DNA of 32,000 bases, taken from an uncultured Opitutales bacterium. GTDB lineage: Bacteria > Verrucomicrobiota > Verrucomicrobiia > Opitutales > Intestinicryptomonadaceae. The stretch is from the NCBI GenBank assembly GCA_934660865.1, contig CAKUIA010000011.1, positions 1 through 32,000 on the forward strand, given 5' to 3'. The notes beneath the pieces were generated by a model, which saw only the letters and a program-made list of their open reading frames with translations, searched no databases and was not told the origin of the DNA. Positions 17,933 through 26,679 of the stretch are shown in pieces; positions within the stretch are counted from its first letter, which is position 1; each line of letters starts with the position of its first letter. A program made the translations under genes and the position numbers.

Positions 17933-19227
17933 TGAAATATAACTACCAAACGCAAAAGTCGCTTAAAGAGTCGAATTTAAAGTTCGACTTTATAACGCCC
18001 ATTTTTCTTTTGCTTTTGGCTTTTATGGGAATTTCGTTCATATATTCGGCGCAATGCTATAATATCGACGAAGTTCCGTTTTTTAAACAGTTTTGGATTA
18101 GGCAGATTTTCTTTGTATTTTTGGGCGCGGGCGTTTACTTGTGGCTTGCCTTTACCGACTACGAAGTTTTAATGCGGCACGCAAACTTTATATATTTCGC
18201 AACTGTTTGTTTGTTGCTGCCTCTTGCAATACAAGAACATACGCCAATAAAATTCCCGCTGGTGCAAAGCCGCTTCAATGCAACTAGGTGGATAAACTTT
18301 TCGATATTTTCGCTTCAGCCGTCGGAACTGGCCAAAATAGGCACGCTTATTATGCTATCTTCCATATTTGCAAGGGCTAAAATATCTAAAGGGTCGTTAA
18401 AATCATTCTCGAAAGTAATTTTTAGGGTTTTAGTGGTATTTTTTATACCAATTTTGTTGATTTTTTTGCAACCCGACTTAGGCTCTACACTTGTTTTTCC
18501 CCCAATGTTGATTTCAATGCTATATCTGTCGAAACTTCCGAAAAAAGTGTATTGGTACGGCACCGTTATAGGCGTGCCGTTGCTGCTGCTTTTTGCGGGG
18601 GCTTTGTGGATAGATATTTCGGGCTATTCGTCCTTCCTTAAAAGGACAAATATGTCGGCCATTGCTTCGGCTTCGCAAAACGCATACGGCTTAAGCGATG
18701 ACTCTCTGTTGCCGTTAAAAGACTATCAACGAAACCGCATACTGTCGTTCTTTGCCCCCGAAGTTGTAGACCCTAAAGGGCAGGGCGTAAGTTGGAATTA
18801 CCGTCAAAGCCTGATTGCCGTGGGCAGCGGCGCCCTTACGGGCAAAGGCCACGCCGAGGGCACTCAGGCAAAGCTGGGCTATTTGCCAAGCGACGTTGCC
18901 TATAACGACTTTATTTTTTCGGTATTGGCCGAAGAATCGGGCTTTATTGGCGGGATAAGCGCAATATTTCTATTGTCGGGCGCAGTTTTCGGCTGCTTGA
19001 GGGCGGCCGCGTGCTCGCGCGACATGTTCGGTTGCTATCTGTCGGTGGGAACTGCCGCCGTGATATCAACCCACATATTTATCAACGTCGGAATGACCAT
19101 AGGCATTATGCCTATCACGGGTCTTCCGCTGCCGATGTTAAGTTACGGCGGAACCTTTATTTTAACTTGCGGGATACTGTTTGGCATTGTGCAAAGCGTT
19201 TACAGGCACAGCCAATCGTATGCCTAG
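17932..19227 (+). CDS. SEDS-family peptidoglycan glycosyltransferase (FtsW/RodA/SpoVE family), 431 aa
   Basis: Start set at ATG 17932 (MKYNYQ...), overlapping the metH stop as TAATG. About 10 TM segments. SEDS blocks LQPSELAKI, LQPDLGS and GLPLPMLSYGGT are present. RodA and FtsW cannot be distinguished from context. Confidence 0.8.
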   Translation: MKYNYQTQKSLKESNLKFDFITPIFLLLLAFMGISFIYSAQCYNIDEVPFFKQFWIRQIFFVFLGAGVYLWLAFTDYEVLMRHANFIYFATVCLLLPLAIQEHTPIKFPLVQSRFNATRWINFSIFSLQPSELAKIGTLIMLSSIFARAKISKGSLKSFSKVIFRVLVVFFIPILLIFLQPDLGSTLVFPPMLISMLYLSKLPKKVYWYGTVIGVPLLLLFAGALWIDISGYSSFLKRTNMSAIASASQNAYGLSDDSLLPLKDYQRNRILSFFAPEVVDPKGQGVSWNYRQSLIAVGSGALTGKGHAEGTQAKLGYLPSDVAYNDFIFSVLAEESGFIGGISAIFLLSGAVFGCLRAAACSRDMFGCYLSVGTAAVISTHIFINVGMTIGIMPITGLPLPMLSYGGTFILTCGILFGIVQSVYRHSQSYA

Positions 19228-19266
19228 GCTAAAGTACGGGCTTCGTCTTAGATTGAGACTAATCTA

Positions 19267-21009
19267 ATGAAAGAAGAACAAGTTATACAAAAGACAAGCA
19301 AAATTGAAGAGGAACTTACGCAAAAACCCCAAGAGGTTAACGTAGATCCCGTTCCCGTAGAGCAGTTGAACGCCGAAGCAAAGCTTAGGGCAAGAAAGCG
19401 TCCGCTGCTCGAAAAGATTATCAGACTTTTAAAACGCGACGAGTCTCCCTACAGAGAGCTTGTAATAAATGTGGAACCGCACGAAACAAGGGTGGTTTTG
19501 CTCGAAAACGGCGTTATGCAAAAGTTCGAAACCGAGCGCAAGGGCGACGAAAGCCTTGTAGGCGCAATCTTTAAGGGCAAAATACAAAATCTCGAAGCGG
19601 GCTTAAAGGCCGCCTTTGTTGATATTGGCCAGCAAAAGAACGCGTTTTTGCACTATTGGGATATTTTCCCCTCGGCTACCGACAACTCGTACGAAGTTGT
19701 GCGCGAAAACCGCAGCAAAGAGCAAAAAAAGCAGGTGGGCAAGCTTTCGGCAAAAGACATTCCCGAAAAATTCCCCATCGGCACCGACATTGTCGTTCAG
19801 ATAACCAAAACGCAGATAGGCACAAAGGGCCCCAGGGTTACCACAAACATTGCAATTCCCGGCCGCTACTTGGTGCTTATGCCCTATGTAGGCCAGTGCG
19901 GCATTTCGCGCAAGATAGAAGACAAGCGCGAGCGCGACCGCATAAAGAAGATATTAAAGTCTATGAAAATCCCAGAAGGCATGGGCGTTATTGTACGCAC
20001 GGCGGGTCAGGGCAAGCGTTGGACATACTTTGTGCGCGACCTAAACATTTTGCTTAAAACCTGGAAGCAAATTCAGCAAAAGATTGAAAACGAAAAGAAC
20101 CCCTGCATTTTGTACAAGGAACCCGACCTAGTCGAACGTACTTTAAGGGACTTTTTGACGGAGGAAACCGACAGAATTTTAATCGACAACAAAGAAGAGT
20201 ACGAAAAAATGCTCGAGTCGGTTTCGGACATATCGGGCAGGGCAAGGTCGAAAATCAGCCTGTTTAAGGAGAACATTCCGATTTTCGAAAGATACAATAT
20301 AGAAAAGCAAATCGCCCAAACATTCCAAAGAAGGGTTGCGTTGCCTTCGGGCGGCGAAATCGTAATAGAGGAAACCGAGGCGTTGACTGCAATAGACGTA
20401 AATACCGGCGGACACAAGGCAACCAGCGCCGACGGCAAAGACTTTATAGTTCAGGCCAACATAGAGGCGGTAAAAGAGGCCGCACGCCAGGTAAGGCTAA
20501 GGAACATAGGCGGGCTTATTATTATAGACTCCGTTGACATGAAAAGCCGCAAAGACCGCCAGCTTGTATACAAAACCCTTAAGGACGAAATGGACAAAGA
20601 CAAGGCAAAGAGCCACGTTTTGCCGATTTCGCAGCTGGGCATTTTGCAGATGACAAGGCAGCGCCACCACATGAGTAATGCAAGCAGCATATACACGGCT
20701 TGCCCGTATTGCTCGGGCAGGGGTCTTGTAAAAAGTACAATTACCGTATGCTCGGAAATTCAGCGCAAAATTTTGTCGGCGGCGCGCAATTTAAGGAACG
20801 CCAACAGCGCATTCCCGGCCGACAAGGAAGTTTCGATGCTTATTATGCTAAACCCCGAAAATCTTAAAAGGCTGCAAACCGAAGACTACGAGTATTTGGC
20901 AGGGCTTGAAAAGGAATACAACCTAAAGCTTACATTTAGGGCCGATCCTTCCTTCCACGTCGAAAATTTCCGCATTCTCGACGCCGAAAGCGGCAAAGTG
21001 CTTAAGTAG
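19267..21009 (+). CDS. rng: Ribonuclease E/G family endoribonuclease, 580 aa
   Basis: S1 domain ([23 protein letters not shown]), catalytic AIDVNTGG block and Zn-link motif CPYCSGRG. The long scaffold domain of RNase E is absent, so it is closer to RNase G. Confidence 0.85.
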   Translation: MKEEQVIQKTSKIEEELTQKPQEVNVDPVPVEQLNAEAKLRARKRPLLEKIIRLLKRDESPYRELVINVEPHETRVVLLENGVMQKFETERKGDESLVGAIFKGKIQNLEAGLKAAFVDIGQQKNAFLHYWDIFPSATDNSYEVVRENRSKEQKKQVGKLSAKDIPEKFPIGTDIVVQITKTQIGTKGPRVTTNIAIPGRYLVLMPYVGQCGISRKIEDKRERDRIKKILKSMKIPEGMGVIVRTAGQGKRWTYFVRDLNILLKTWKQIQQKIENEKNPCILYKEPDLVERTLRDFLTEETDRILIDNKEEYEKMLESVSDISGRARSKISLFKENIPIFERYNIEKQIAQTFQRRVALPSGGEIVIEETEALTAIDVNTGGHKATSADGKDFIVQANIEAVKEAARQVRLRNIGGLIIIDSVDMKSRKDRQLVYKTLKDEMDKDKAKSHVLPISQLGILQMTRQRHHMSNASSIYTACPYCSGRGLVKSTITVCSEIQRKILSAARNLRNANSAFPADKEVSMLIMLNPENLKRLQTEDYEYLAGLEKEYNLKLTFRADPSFHVENFRILDAESGKVLK

Positions 21010-21011
21010 TA

Positions 21012-21767
21012 ATGAAAAGGGCCGACGAGCTTTTGGTTGAACTTGGGCTTGCCCAAAGCAGGTCTAAAGCCCGCGCCCTTATCGAAGAAAACGCCGTCTT
21101 TTGCGACGGCGTTTTAGTCGACAAACCGTCGCGCAAAATTGCCGAAACTTCTGAAATTTCGGTAAACGAAAACGCGCAAATACTAAAATACGTTTCGCGC
21201 GGCGGCCTAAAGCTTGAAAAGCTTTTAGACTATTGCTCTATTTCGGTTGACGGGCTAAACGCGCTGGACGCCGGGGCCTCTACGGGCGGCTTTACCGACT
21301 GCCTTTTGCAGCGCAACGCAAGGCGGGTTTTGTGTGTAGACGTAGGCTCTATGCAGCTTCACGAAAAGCTGCTTGGCGACGCGCGCGTTACGAATTTGGA
21401 AAAAACCGACATACGCACTCTTACTTTGCAAAATACGCCCAACGCGCCTTTCGACATAATAGTTGGCGATTTGTCGTTTATTTCGCTTGAAAAGGTGCTT
21501 GAAGTTTTGTGGGCGCTGCTTAAGGACAAAGGCAGGCTGCTTTGTCTGGTAAAACCGCAGTTCGAGGCCGACAAAACGCTTATGCGCAAAAATAAGGGCG
21601 TGCTAAGAGACGAAACCGAACGCGAAAAATGCCTGCATAAGATAGAAAATTTTGTGCGCAAAAACCTTGTCCATTCCAGGATAATGGGGGTGTGCGAGTC
21701 TCCCATTTTGGGCGGCGACGGCAACAAGGAGTTTTTGATTGCCGTTTTAAAAGACGAAACTTTGTAG
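21012..21767 (+). CDS. tlyA: TlyA-family rRNA (cytidine-2'-O)-methyltransferase, 251 aa
   Basis: N-terminal S4 domain (RADELLVELGLAQSRSKARALIEENAV), YVSRGGLKL and the SAM-binding motif LDAGASTGGFTD. Confidence 0.85.
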   Translation: MKRADELLVELGLAQSRSKARALIEENAVFCDGVLVDKPSRKIAETSEISVNENAQILKYVSRGGLKLEKLLDYCSISVDGLNALDAGASTGGFTDCLLQRNARRVLCVDVGSMQLHEKLLGDARVTNLEKTDIRTLTLQNTPNAPFDIIVGDLSFISLEKVLEVLWALLKDKGRLLCLVKPQFEADKTLMRKNKGVLRDETEREKCLHKIENFVRKNLVHSRIMGVCESPILGGDGNKEFLIAVLKDETL

Positions 21768-21850
21768 CCGAAAATAGCGTTTAATGTATCGGCGCGTTCG
21801 ACTTGAGGTAAAAAATCGAGCGTTTGAGGGAAAGCACTATTTTCTGGGTA

Positions 21851-21911
21851 AAAAAAGCCCCTTTGCAATGGGTTTGCATTATGGTTGCAAGTTTGTTGCA
21901 AGGGGCTTTTT
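21851..21911. terminator. Bidirectional hairpin terminator between convergent tlyA and the phage-like operon
   Basis: The sequence reads A6-GCCCCTTTGCAA(21857-21868), a 27-nt loop, then TTGCAAGGGGC(21896-21906)-T6. The stem has one bulged T. The A-run and T-run flank it symmetrically. Confidence 0.7.
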
Positions 21912-21916
21912 TGTGG

Positions 21917-22909
21917 CTAGAAGCACTTGACGAATTTTGTCTTTTTTATGTAGATTTGTGGTGCGAATTTGGAATCGATTTCGCTGGCGGCTATGGCGTA
22001 GTATTCGCCGTTGGCAATTCTGGCCTTCCATTCGGCGACTGTGGGTACGGTTTGTGTTGTTATTTTATCCGTTTCAACCCCAGAAGCCGTAAATACGACA
22101 AACTTGTCTGTTAGTGCAGGTAGAGTCGCTGTATACTCAATTTTAACGGCTGTTGGTCGAATTGTGTTTTTTGCGGCGGTAGCTTTGGCTTCTCTAATAA
22201 TATATGTATCACGGGAAACATATGTACCATCAACATACAACGTAGCATTTAAAAACCATGAAATTTCTCGCGAACTAAGAGAAGCACCGCGACCACCATT
22301 AAATATACCAGAAAAGGCAGGCGTCTTCATCGTCCCAGCGTCTTTATCAATTTCAATAATATTAACTGTTGGGCACTCAAGGGGATAATAGTTCGAAGAT
22401 TTAGAAGCCCCATAAAATCTAATACTATCGCCTGCAGCGAATTGCTTAACAATGTCCGTCCCCAAGTGCAAAAGAAACGTATTGTTTGCGGCGTCGAAAT
22501 CGCACAAGCCACTTTTTGTAGTTATAAGCACTTTTAATGCGCCAGACGGATCTTCGATGCCTGGGTGCCACGCCACTTCCGCTGTCCACGTCTCGAACAC
22601 CAAATTGGGCGCATAGCCATATAGCTCCGTTACCTTGTAAATATCTTGCCAACGGGTAACGGTTGCAACACTTTCGCTTATCAAAACCATGTTTTTTGCG
22701 GTAATTTGTTCTTTAACCGAGCCTGTAAATATAGGTTGGCCGCCCGCAGAAAGCATATTTGTATCAAGCGCGCGACCTACTCGGGTAGAAAAGGAATCTC
22801 TTAATATATAATAGTCTAGTTCCACCCAAAAATGGGTTTTATTGCCGTATTGTTCAAACTCAAAGTTGCGTCGAAAAAGGCTGTCATATTGCGGTATTGT
22901 AAAGTCCAT
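21917..22909 (-). CDS. Hypothetical phage protein in the post-tape-measure (distal tail protein) position, 330 aa
   Basis: The ATG at 22909 lies 1 nt after the TMP stop (TAA-T-ATG). The call is positional only, because no family motif was recognised by eye. Confidence 0.55.
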   Translation of the reverse strand: MDFTIPQYDSLFRRNFEFEQYGNKTHFWVELDYYILRDSFSTRVGRALDTNMLSAGGQPIFTGSVKEQITAKNMVLISESVATVTRWQDIYKVTELYGYAPNLVFETWTAEVAWHPGIEDPSGALKVLITTKSGLCDFDAANNTFLLHLGTDIVKQFAAGDSIRFYGASKSSNYYPLECPTVNIIEIDKDAGTMKTPAFSGIFNGGRGASLSSREISWFLNATLYVDGTYVSRDTYIIREAKATAAKNTIRPTAVKIEYTATLPALTDKFVVFTASGVETDKITTQTVPTVAEWKARIANGEYYAIAASEIDSKFAPQIYIKKTKFVKCF

Positions 22910-22910
22910 A

Positions 22911-25900
22911 TTATTTGCTTGTTGCGATGGTGTTTACAGTGCTTTTAAGTTGCGTAATTGTGGTTTTAGTTTCATCTAAAGTTTTCTGCATAGAGGTCAG
23001 TATTGCCACTAGCTTTGCCTCTTTTTCGCCCTCTGGAGTTTTATTTTTCTTCAGGTCAGATAATGCCGACGACAATTTTCCGTCGGCGACAGTGTCTTCT
23101 TTTTTGCTCGAACTCTCTGTCTTTTGCGGGGTTTTGCGTTCGGTTTTTACGCCAGCCATTGCGCCTGCGCGTTCGCCGACATTGTCTATAAAACGATTGG
23201 CGGACAATCGGAACTTATTGGGGTTATTATTACCCATTGACACTGTGCGATCGTCTTTTTCGCCCAAATGCGAACCCGTACGTTTGTCTAGAATATCCAT
23301 AGTTTTGCTGGCAGACAATCTAAAGCGGCTTTGACTATTGCTTTTGCCTGTTGTGGATTTTGCCGCTCTAGATTGGCGAAAATCTGCAAATGTTTGCCCT
23401 GTGTGAGTGCCGCCTGCGGCTTTCCATTCTTCGTAAAGCGACATACTTTTCGCCGAAACCGTAGCGGGTGCTCTTGGCGGTTTTGGGGGCGTCGGGCCTC
23501 TGCCGCCTGTAGAGGCGGGAACGCTGCCATAATAGCCTCCACCCGCGCCGCCTGCAGGCGCTGCATAGCCGCCTGTCTGCGGAGTTGCCCTGTTATTTTG
23601 GCGATCTTTATATGAATTTGTTTGCCTCATCATATCGGCAAGTTTTTCCTTGTCTTCGGCCGATACGCCATCAAGACCGCCGAGAGTACGCTTTATGTCG
23701 CGCTCTTCTTCCAACGCTTTGGCGGCTCCAGTCTTGCCCTCTGCTTTTAGCTGTTCAATTTTGTGCGTTAAAATTATATCTTCGATTTTTGCCTGTGCAT
23801 TTTTGGCAATGTTTTGTTTTTGCGCTTCATCGGTTGCCTGCCTTTCTAGTGCCACACGTTGCTGGGCTTGGGTTATGGCATAGTCGTGAAGTTTTTTCAG
23901 TTCGTCGGCCGTCATATTTTCGCGGCGAAGAGAATCGAATATCTGTTCTTGTAGCTGCAAAATAGACTTTTTATCTTCAATAGCCTCTACAGCGCGGTTG
24001 CGGCCTTGTTTATCGTAATTTGCCGAATTTGCCTTTGCTTTTAGAATGTCCAGCTCAAGCTGGTTAAGGTTTTTTGAGTTTTTATATCTTGTCGACGACA
24101 AGTCCAATTCAAACTGTTCTACGGCAAGCTTGTTGTCGGCAATTTTATTGGCTTGGGCAACAAGGTTGTTATAATCTTCGGCCGTGCGGCACGAGGCTTT
24201 AAGGGCGTCTACCTGCTCTTTAACGATTTCGCAACGGCGCAGCTCCAGATTGGCCGCCTTTTGTGTAAGTTCTAGGCTTTGTGCTGTTTTTAGGTCGCCA
24301 TTCGTCTTTGCCTGAACGATTTTTATTTCCAAATCCTGCAATTTTGTGGCCGCTGCAAGCCGCCTGTCTTCGTTTTGGGCGGAGGCAATCTTGTCTACAA
24401 TGCCGACACGCATACGCTCGCTATTCAAGATTTGCTCGCTTTTTTGACGGGCTTCCTCGACAAGGGCGTTATACTCTTTTTCGGTGCGGCAAAGGGCTTT
24501 ACGGCTTGATATATACTCGCTTTGCAGCTGGTTTGCCCTAAGCAGCAAATCGTTTTGTATATATTCTTCGGTAAAGTCGTCGGAAGGGGTTTGGCCTTTT
24601 AGTGCAACAAGTTTTGAGTCTAAGTCTACCTTTTGGCTTTGCAGCTTTACAACCTGTCGCAACCGTTGTTCTTCGTCGGACGCTTGCAATAGGTTTAGGT
24701 ATTCCTTTTCCCGGGCAATGCGGTCTGTCTTTGCGGCGGCAAGACGTTGCTCGGTCGCCAAAAGTTGGCCTGCGTTGCCAGAATTGCGCGCGTTGTTTGC
24801 GGCCTTTTCGGCGGCGGCCAATTCATCGGTGGCCTTTTTAAGCATTTCAGCGGACTTTTTTAACGCTGTATTTGTGCCTGCTGCCTTTGCCGCTTCTTCG
24901 GCCGACTTTTCGCGGATTTTGGCAATGCTGGCTTCCGCTTCAACAAGCTTTTTGGCGGCAAGCGCGTCTAGGTTTTTTACGTCGGCAGCGGCTTTTTGAC
25001 GTTCCTGCAACTTTTCGATTTTTGCGCGGTAATTATCTAATTGGGCTTGCTCTTCTTTCGTGTAAACCTTGTAGGCTCCGCCTTGCCCGTAGCGCGTTTG
25101 CCCGTGCGAAGTGCCGTAGTTGCGTTGTTCGGTTTTTAATTTGGCGATTTCCGCCGCGACTTCGGCCGTGCGCTTTTTGTTGGCGTCGGCCGTAATGCCC
25201 CATTGTTTCAATGCGTCGATTTCGCTGTCAATCGCAGAGCGGTATTCTTCGGAATCGCGTATGTTCTCCTTATATGTCCTTTCGGCCTGTCCGCGAAAAT
25301 ACGAGAAAGCCATTGTAAGCGCGCTTACAGCCGTTATTGCGACAGACAAACCAAGCATAATGGGATTGGCTTTGATTGTCGCATTAAGCCCTTTTACTGC
25401 AATGTCTGTACCCAAAACGGCATTGCTTACAAGCTTAATTTGCGTAATCAAACTCGGCAGGCCGCCGATTTTTTGAAAAGTCAACGCAACGGCAAGCGTT
25501 GTAAGCGAGCCAGTAAGTATTGCCGTAAGCCCCTCCGAAGCCGAGAGTATTTCGCACATGCCTTTTAAAAGAGAGGCTACGTCTACCGCAACGGGCGCAA
25601 ACACACTGCCCGCAGTTTCGGCCAAATCTCCCCAAGCATTTGCCGCCTGTTTTAACTTGCCCGCCGAAGTTTGCGCCAAATCCTTGGCCTGCGCAAAGCC
25701 AGACGACGCCAGTTGTTGCGCCTTTGCGAGCTTTTCGGTTTCGGACTTGCAGTTGCGCAGGCTGGGTATTTGTTCCTGTAGATTTTGAGTATATCCAAAA
25801 GTAAGCGATACGGCCGCACGCGTTGCTGATTTTAAATCGGTACCCAACGCAGTCGACAAGCCGATTGCACTTTTGATTACCTGATTCATTTGGTTCGGAA

Positions 25901-26471
25901 GAACGCCTATCGAAGCCGCAAAGGATTGGATTTCCAAAATCTGCTCGTCGCCGTAGGTTGTAATGCGCTGGATTTCGGAGGCAAAGCTTTGCATAATGGG
26001 CAACACATCCGATACGTTGCCGCCCTGCGAGCGTATTGCGGCAGCAAGCTTTGTAACGGCCATTTCCTGCCTACCGAACGCATCTATGGATTTTGTTATG
26101 GCACTTGGCAAAGTCGTGGCAAAACGTGCGGCCATTGCGCCAAGCTCCAGATAAAAGCCAGTAAGCACGTCTTTTGTCGAAGCCGTTTGCTGCTTAAAGC
26201 TTGCAGTTTTGTCTTGGGCGTTTTTTAAGCCGTCGGCCGCTTTGTCGGTAGATTTTTTAAGTTCGCCCGAAGCTACCGTTTGAGCCTTTATCGCGTCGGT
26301 CAGCGAATTGCCCGTGTCGATAAGTGCCTGTGCCGACTTTTCAACGCCCGAAAATGTTGCCTTGTTTAATTTCGAAATTTGGCCGTTTAGCGCATTAAGC
26401 TCGGCAACAAGCTCTTTGATTTTATCAAACTCGGCTTTGGCCTCTATATTTATGTTGTAAGTCTCTGCCAT
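22911..26471 (-). CDS. Phage tail tape measure protein, 1186 aa
   Basis: N-terminal coiled coil, then a TP901-type TMP core (ITTYGDEQILEIQSFAASIGV..., AIGLSTALGTDL), hydrophobic segments (LTAILTGSLTTLAVALTF, ANPIMLGLSVAITAVSALTMAF) and a long Ala/Lys/Glu/Gln coiled coil. It lies immediately downstream of the frameshifted chaperone pair. Confidence 0.88.
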   Translation of the reverse strand: MAETYNINIEAKAEFDKIKELVAELNALNGQISKLNKATFSGVEKSAQALIDTGNSLTDAIKAQTVASGELKKSTDKAADGLKNAQDKTASFKQQTASTKDVLTGFYLELGAMAARFATTLPSAITKSIDAFGRQEMAVTKLAAAIRSQGGNVSDVLPIMQSFASEIQRITTYGDEQILEIQSFAASIGVLPNQMNQVIKSAIGLSTALGTDLKSATRAAVSLTFGYTQNLQEQIPSLRNCKSETEKLAKAQQLASSGFAQAKDLAQTSAGKLKQAANAWGDLAETAGSVFAPVAVDVASLLKGMCEILSASEGLTAILTGSLTTLAVALTFQKIGGLPSLITQIKLVSNAVLGTDIAVKGLNATIKANPIMLGLSVAITAVSALTMAFSYFRGQAERTYKENIRDSEEYRSAIDSEIDALKQWGITADANKKRTAEVAAEIAKLKTEQRNYGTSHGQTRYGQGGAYKVYTKEEQAQLDNYRAKIEKLQERQKAAADVKNLDALAAKKLVEAEASIAKIREKSAEEAAKAAGTNTALKKSAEMLKKATDELAAAEKAANNARNSGNAGQLLATEQRLAAAKTDRIAREKEYLNLLQASDEEQRLRQVVKLQSQKVDLDSKLVALKGQTPSDDFTEEYIQNDLLLRANQLQSEYISSRKALCRTEKEYNALVEEARQKSEQILNSERMRVGIVDKIASAQNEDRRLAAATKLQDLEIKIVQAKTNGDLKTAQSLELTQKAANLELRRCEIVKEQVDALKASCRTAEDYNNLVAQANKIADNKLAVEQFELDLSSTRYKNSKNLNQLELDILKAKANSANYDKQGRNRAVEAIEDKKSILQLQEQIFDSLRRENMTADELKKLHDYAITQAQQRVALERQATDEAQKQNIAKNAQAKIEDIILTHKIEQLKAEGKTGAAKALEEERDIKRTLGGLDGVSAEDKEKLADMMRQTNSYKDRQNNRATPQTGGYAAPAGGAGGGYYGSVPASTGGRGPTPPKPPRAPATVSAKSMSLYEEWKAAGGTHTGQTFADFRQSRAAKSTTGKSNSQSRFRLSASKTMDILDKRTGSHLGEKDDRTVSMGNNNPNKFRLSANRFIDNVGERAGAMAGVKTERKTPQKTESSSKKEDTVADGKLSSALSDLKKNKTPEGEKEAKLVAILTSMQKTLDETKTTITQLKSTVNTIATSK

Positions 26472-26489
26472 ATTTTTGTGCGATTTTAA

Positions 26490-26518
26490 TTGATTTTAGT
26501 AAAAACTTGTCCGATACT
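26490..26518 (+). promoter_or_regulatory. Sigma70-like promoter candidate (TTGATT-N17-GATACT) for the antisense small ORF
   Basis: TTGATT at 26490-26495, a 17-nt spacer, and GATACT at 26513-26518, about 18 nt upstream of the ATG at 26536. The host promoter consensus is unknown. Confidence 0.3.
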
Positions 26519-26535
26519 TTCGACAGATAAGAGGT

Positions 26536-26673
26536 ATGGAAACTTTAAAAGCTATAGTTGTAGGCATAATGTTCGGTGGAGTTATACTCGGGCTCTATTA
26601 TGCCTTTCTATGTTTCTTTACCCAACCGTACGAACATTCCGAAACGGTAAAAAGAATTCTAAAAGAAAAATAG
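26536..26673 (+). CDS. Small single-pass membrane peptide, 45 aa, antisense to the tail operon
   Basis: Hand translation gives METLKAIVVGIMFGGVILGLYYAFLCFFTQPYEHSETVKRILKEK. It has one hydrophobic helix and a basic C-tail. AAGAGG lies just upstream of the ATG, though the spacing is short. The ORF fills an otherwise unexplained 208-bp gap in a tightly packed operon. It is below the length cutoff of the ORF track. Confidence 0.4.
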   Translation: METLKAIVVGIMFGGVILGLYYAFLCFFTQPYEHSETVKRILKEK

Positions 26674-26679
26674 CCCCGA

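Noticed and set aside
22915-26228. Numerous plus-strand ORFs inside the tape measure gene (e.g. 24484..24999, 25120..25476, 25890..26228)
   Set aside because: They are antisense open frames generated by the Ala/Lys/Glu-rich repetitive coding strand. They are Ser/Ala/Cys/Arg-rich nonsense with no starts in good context.
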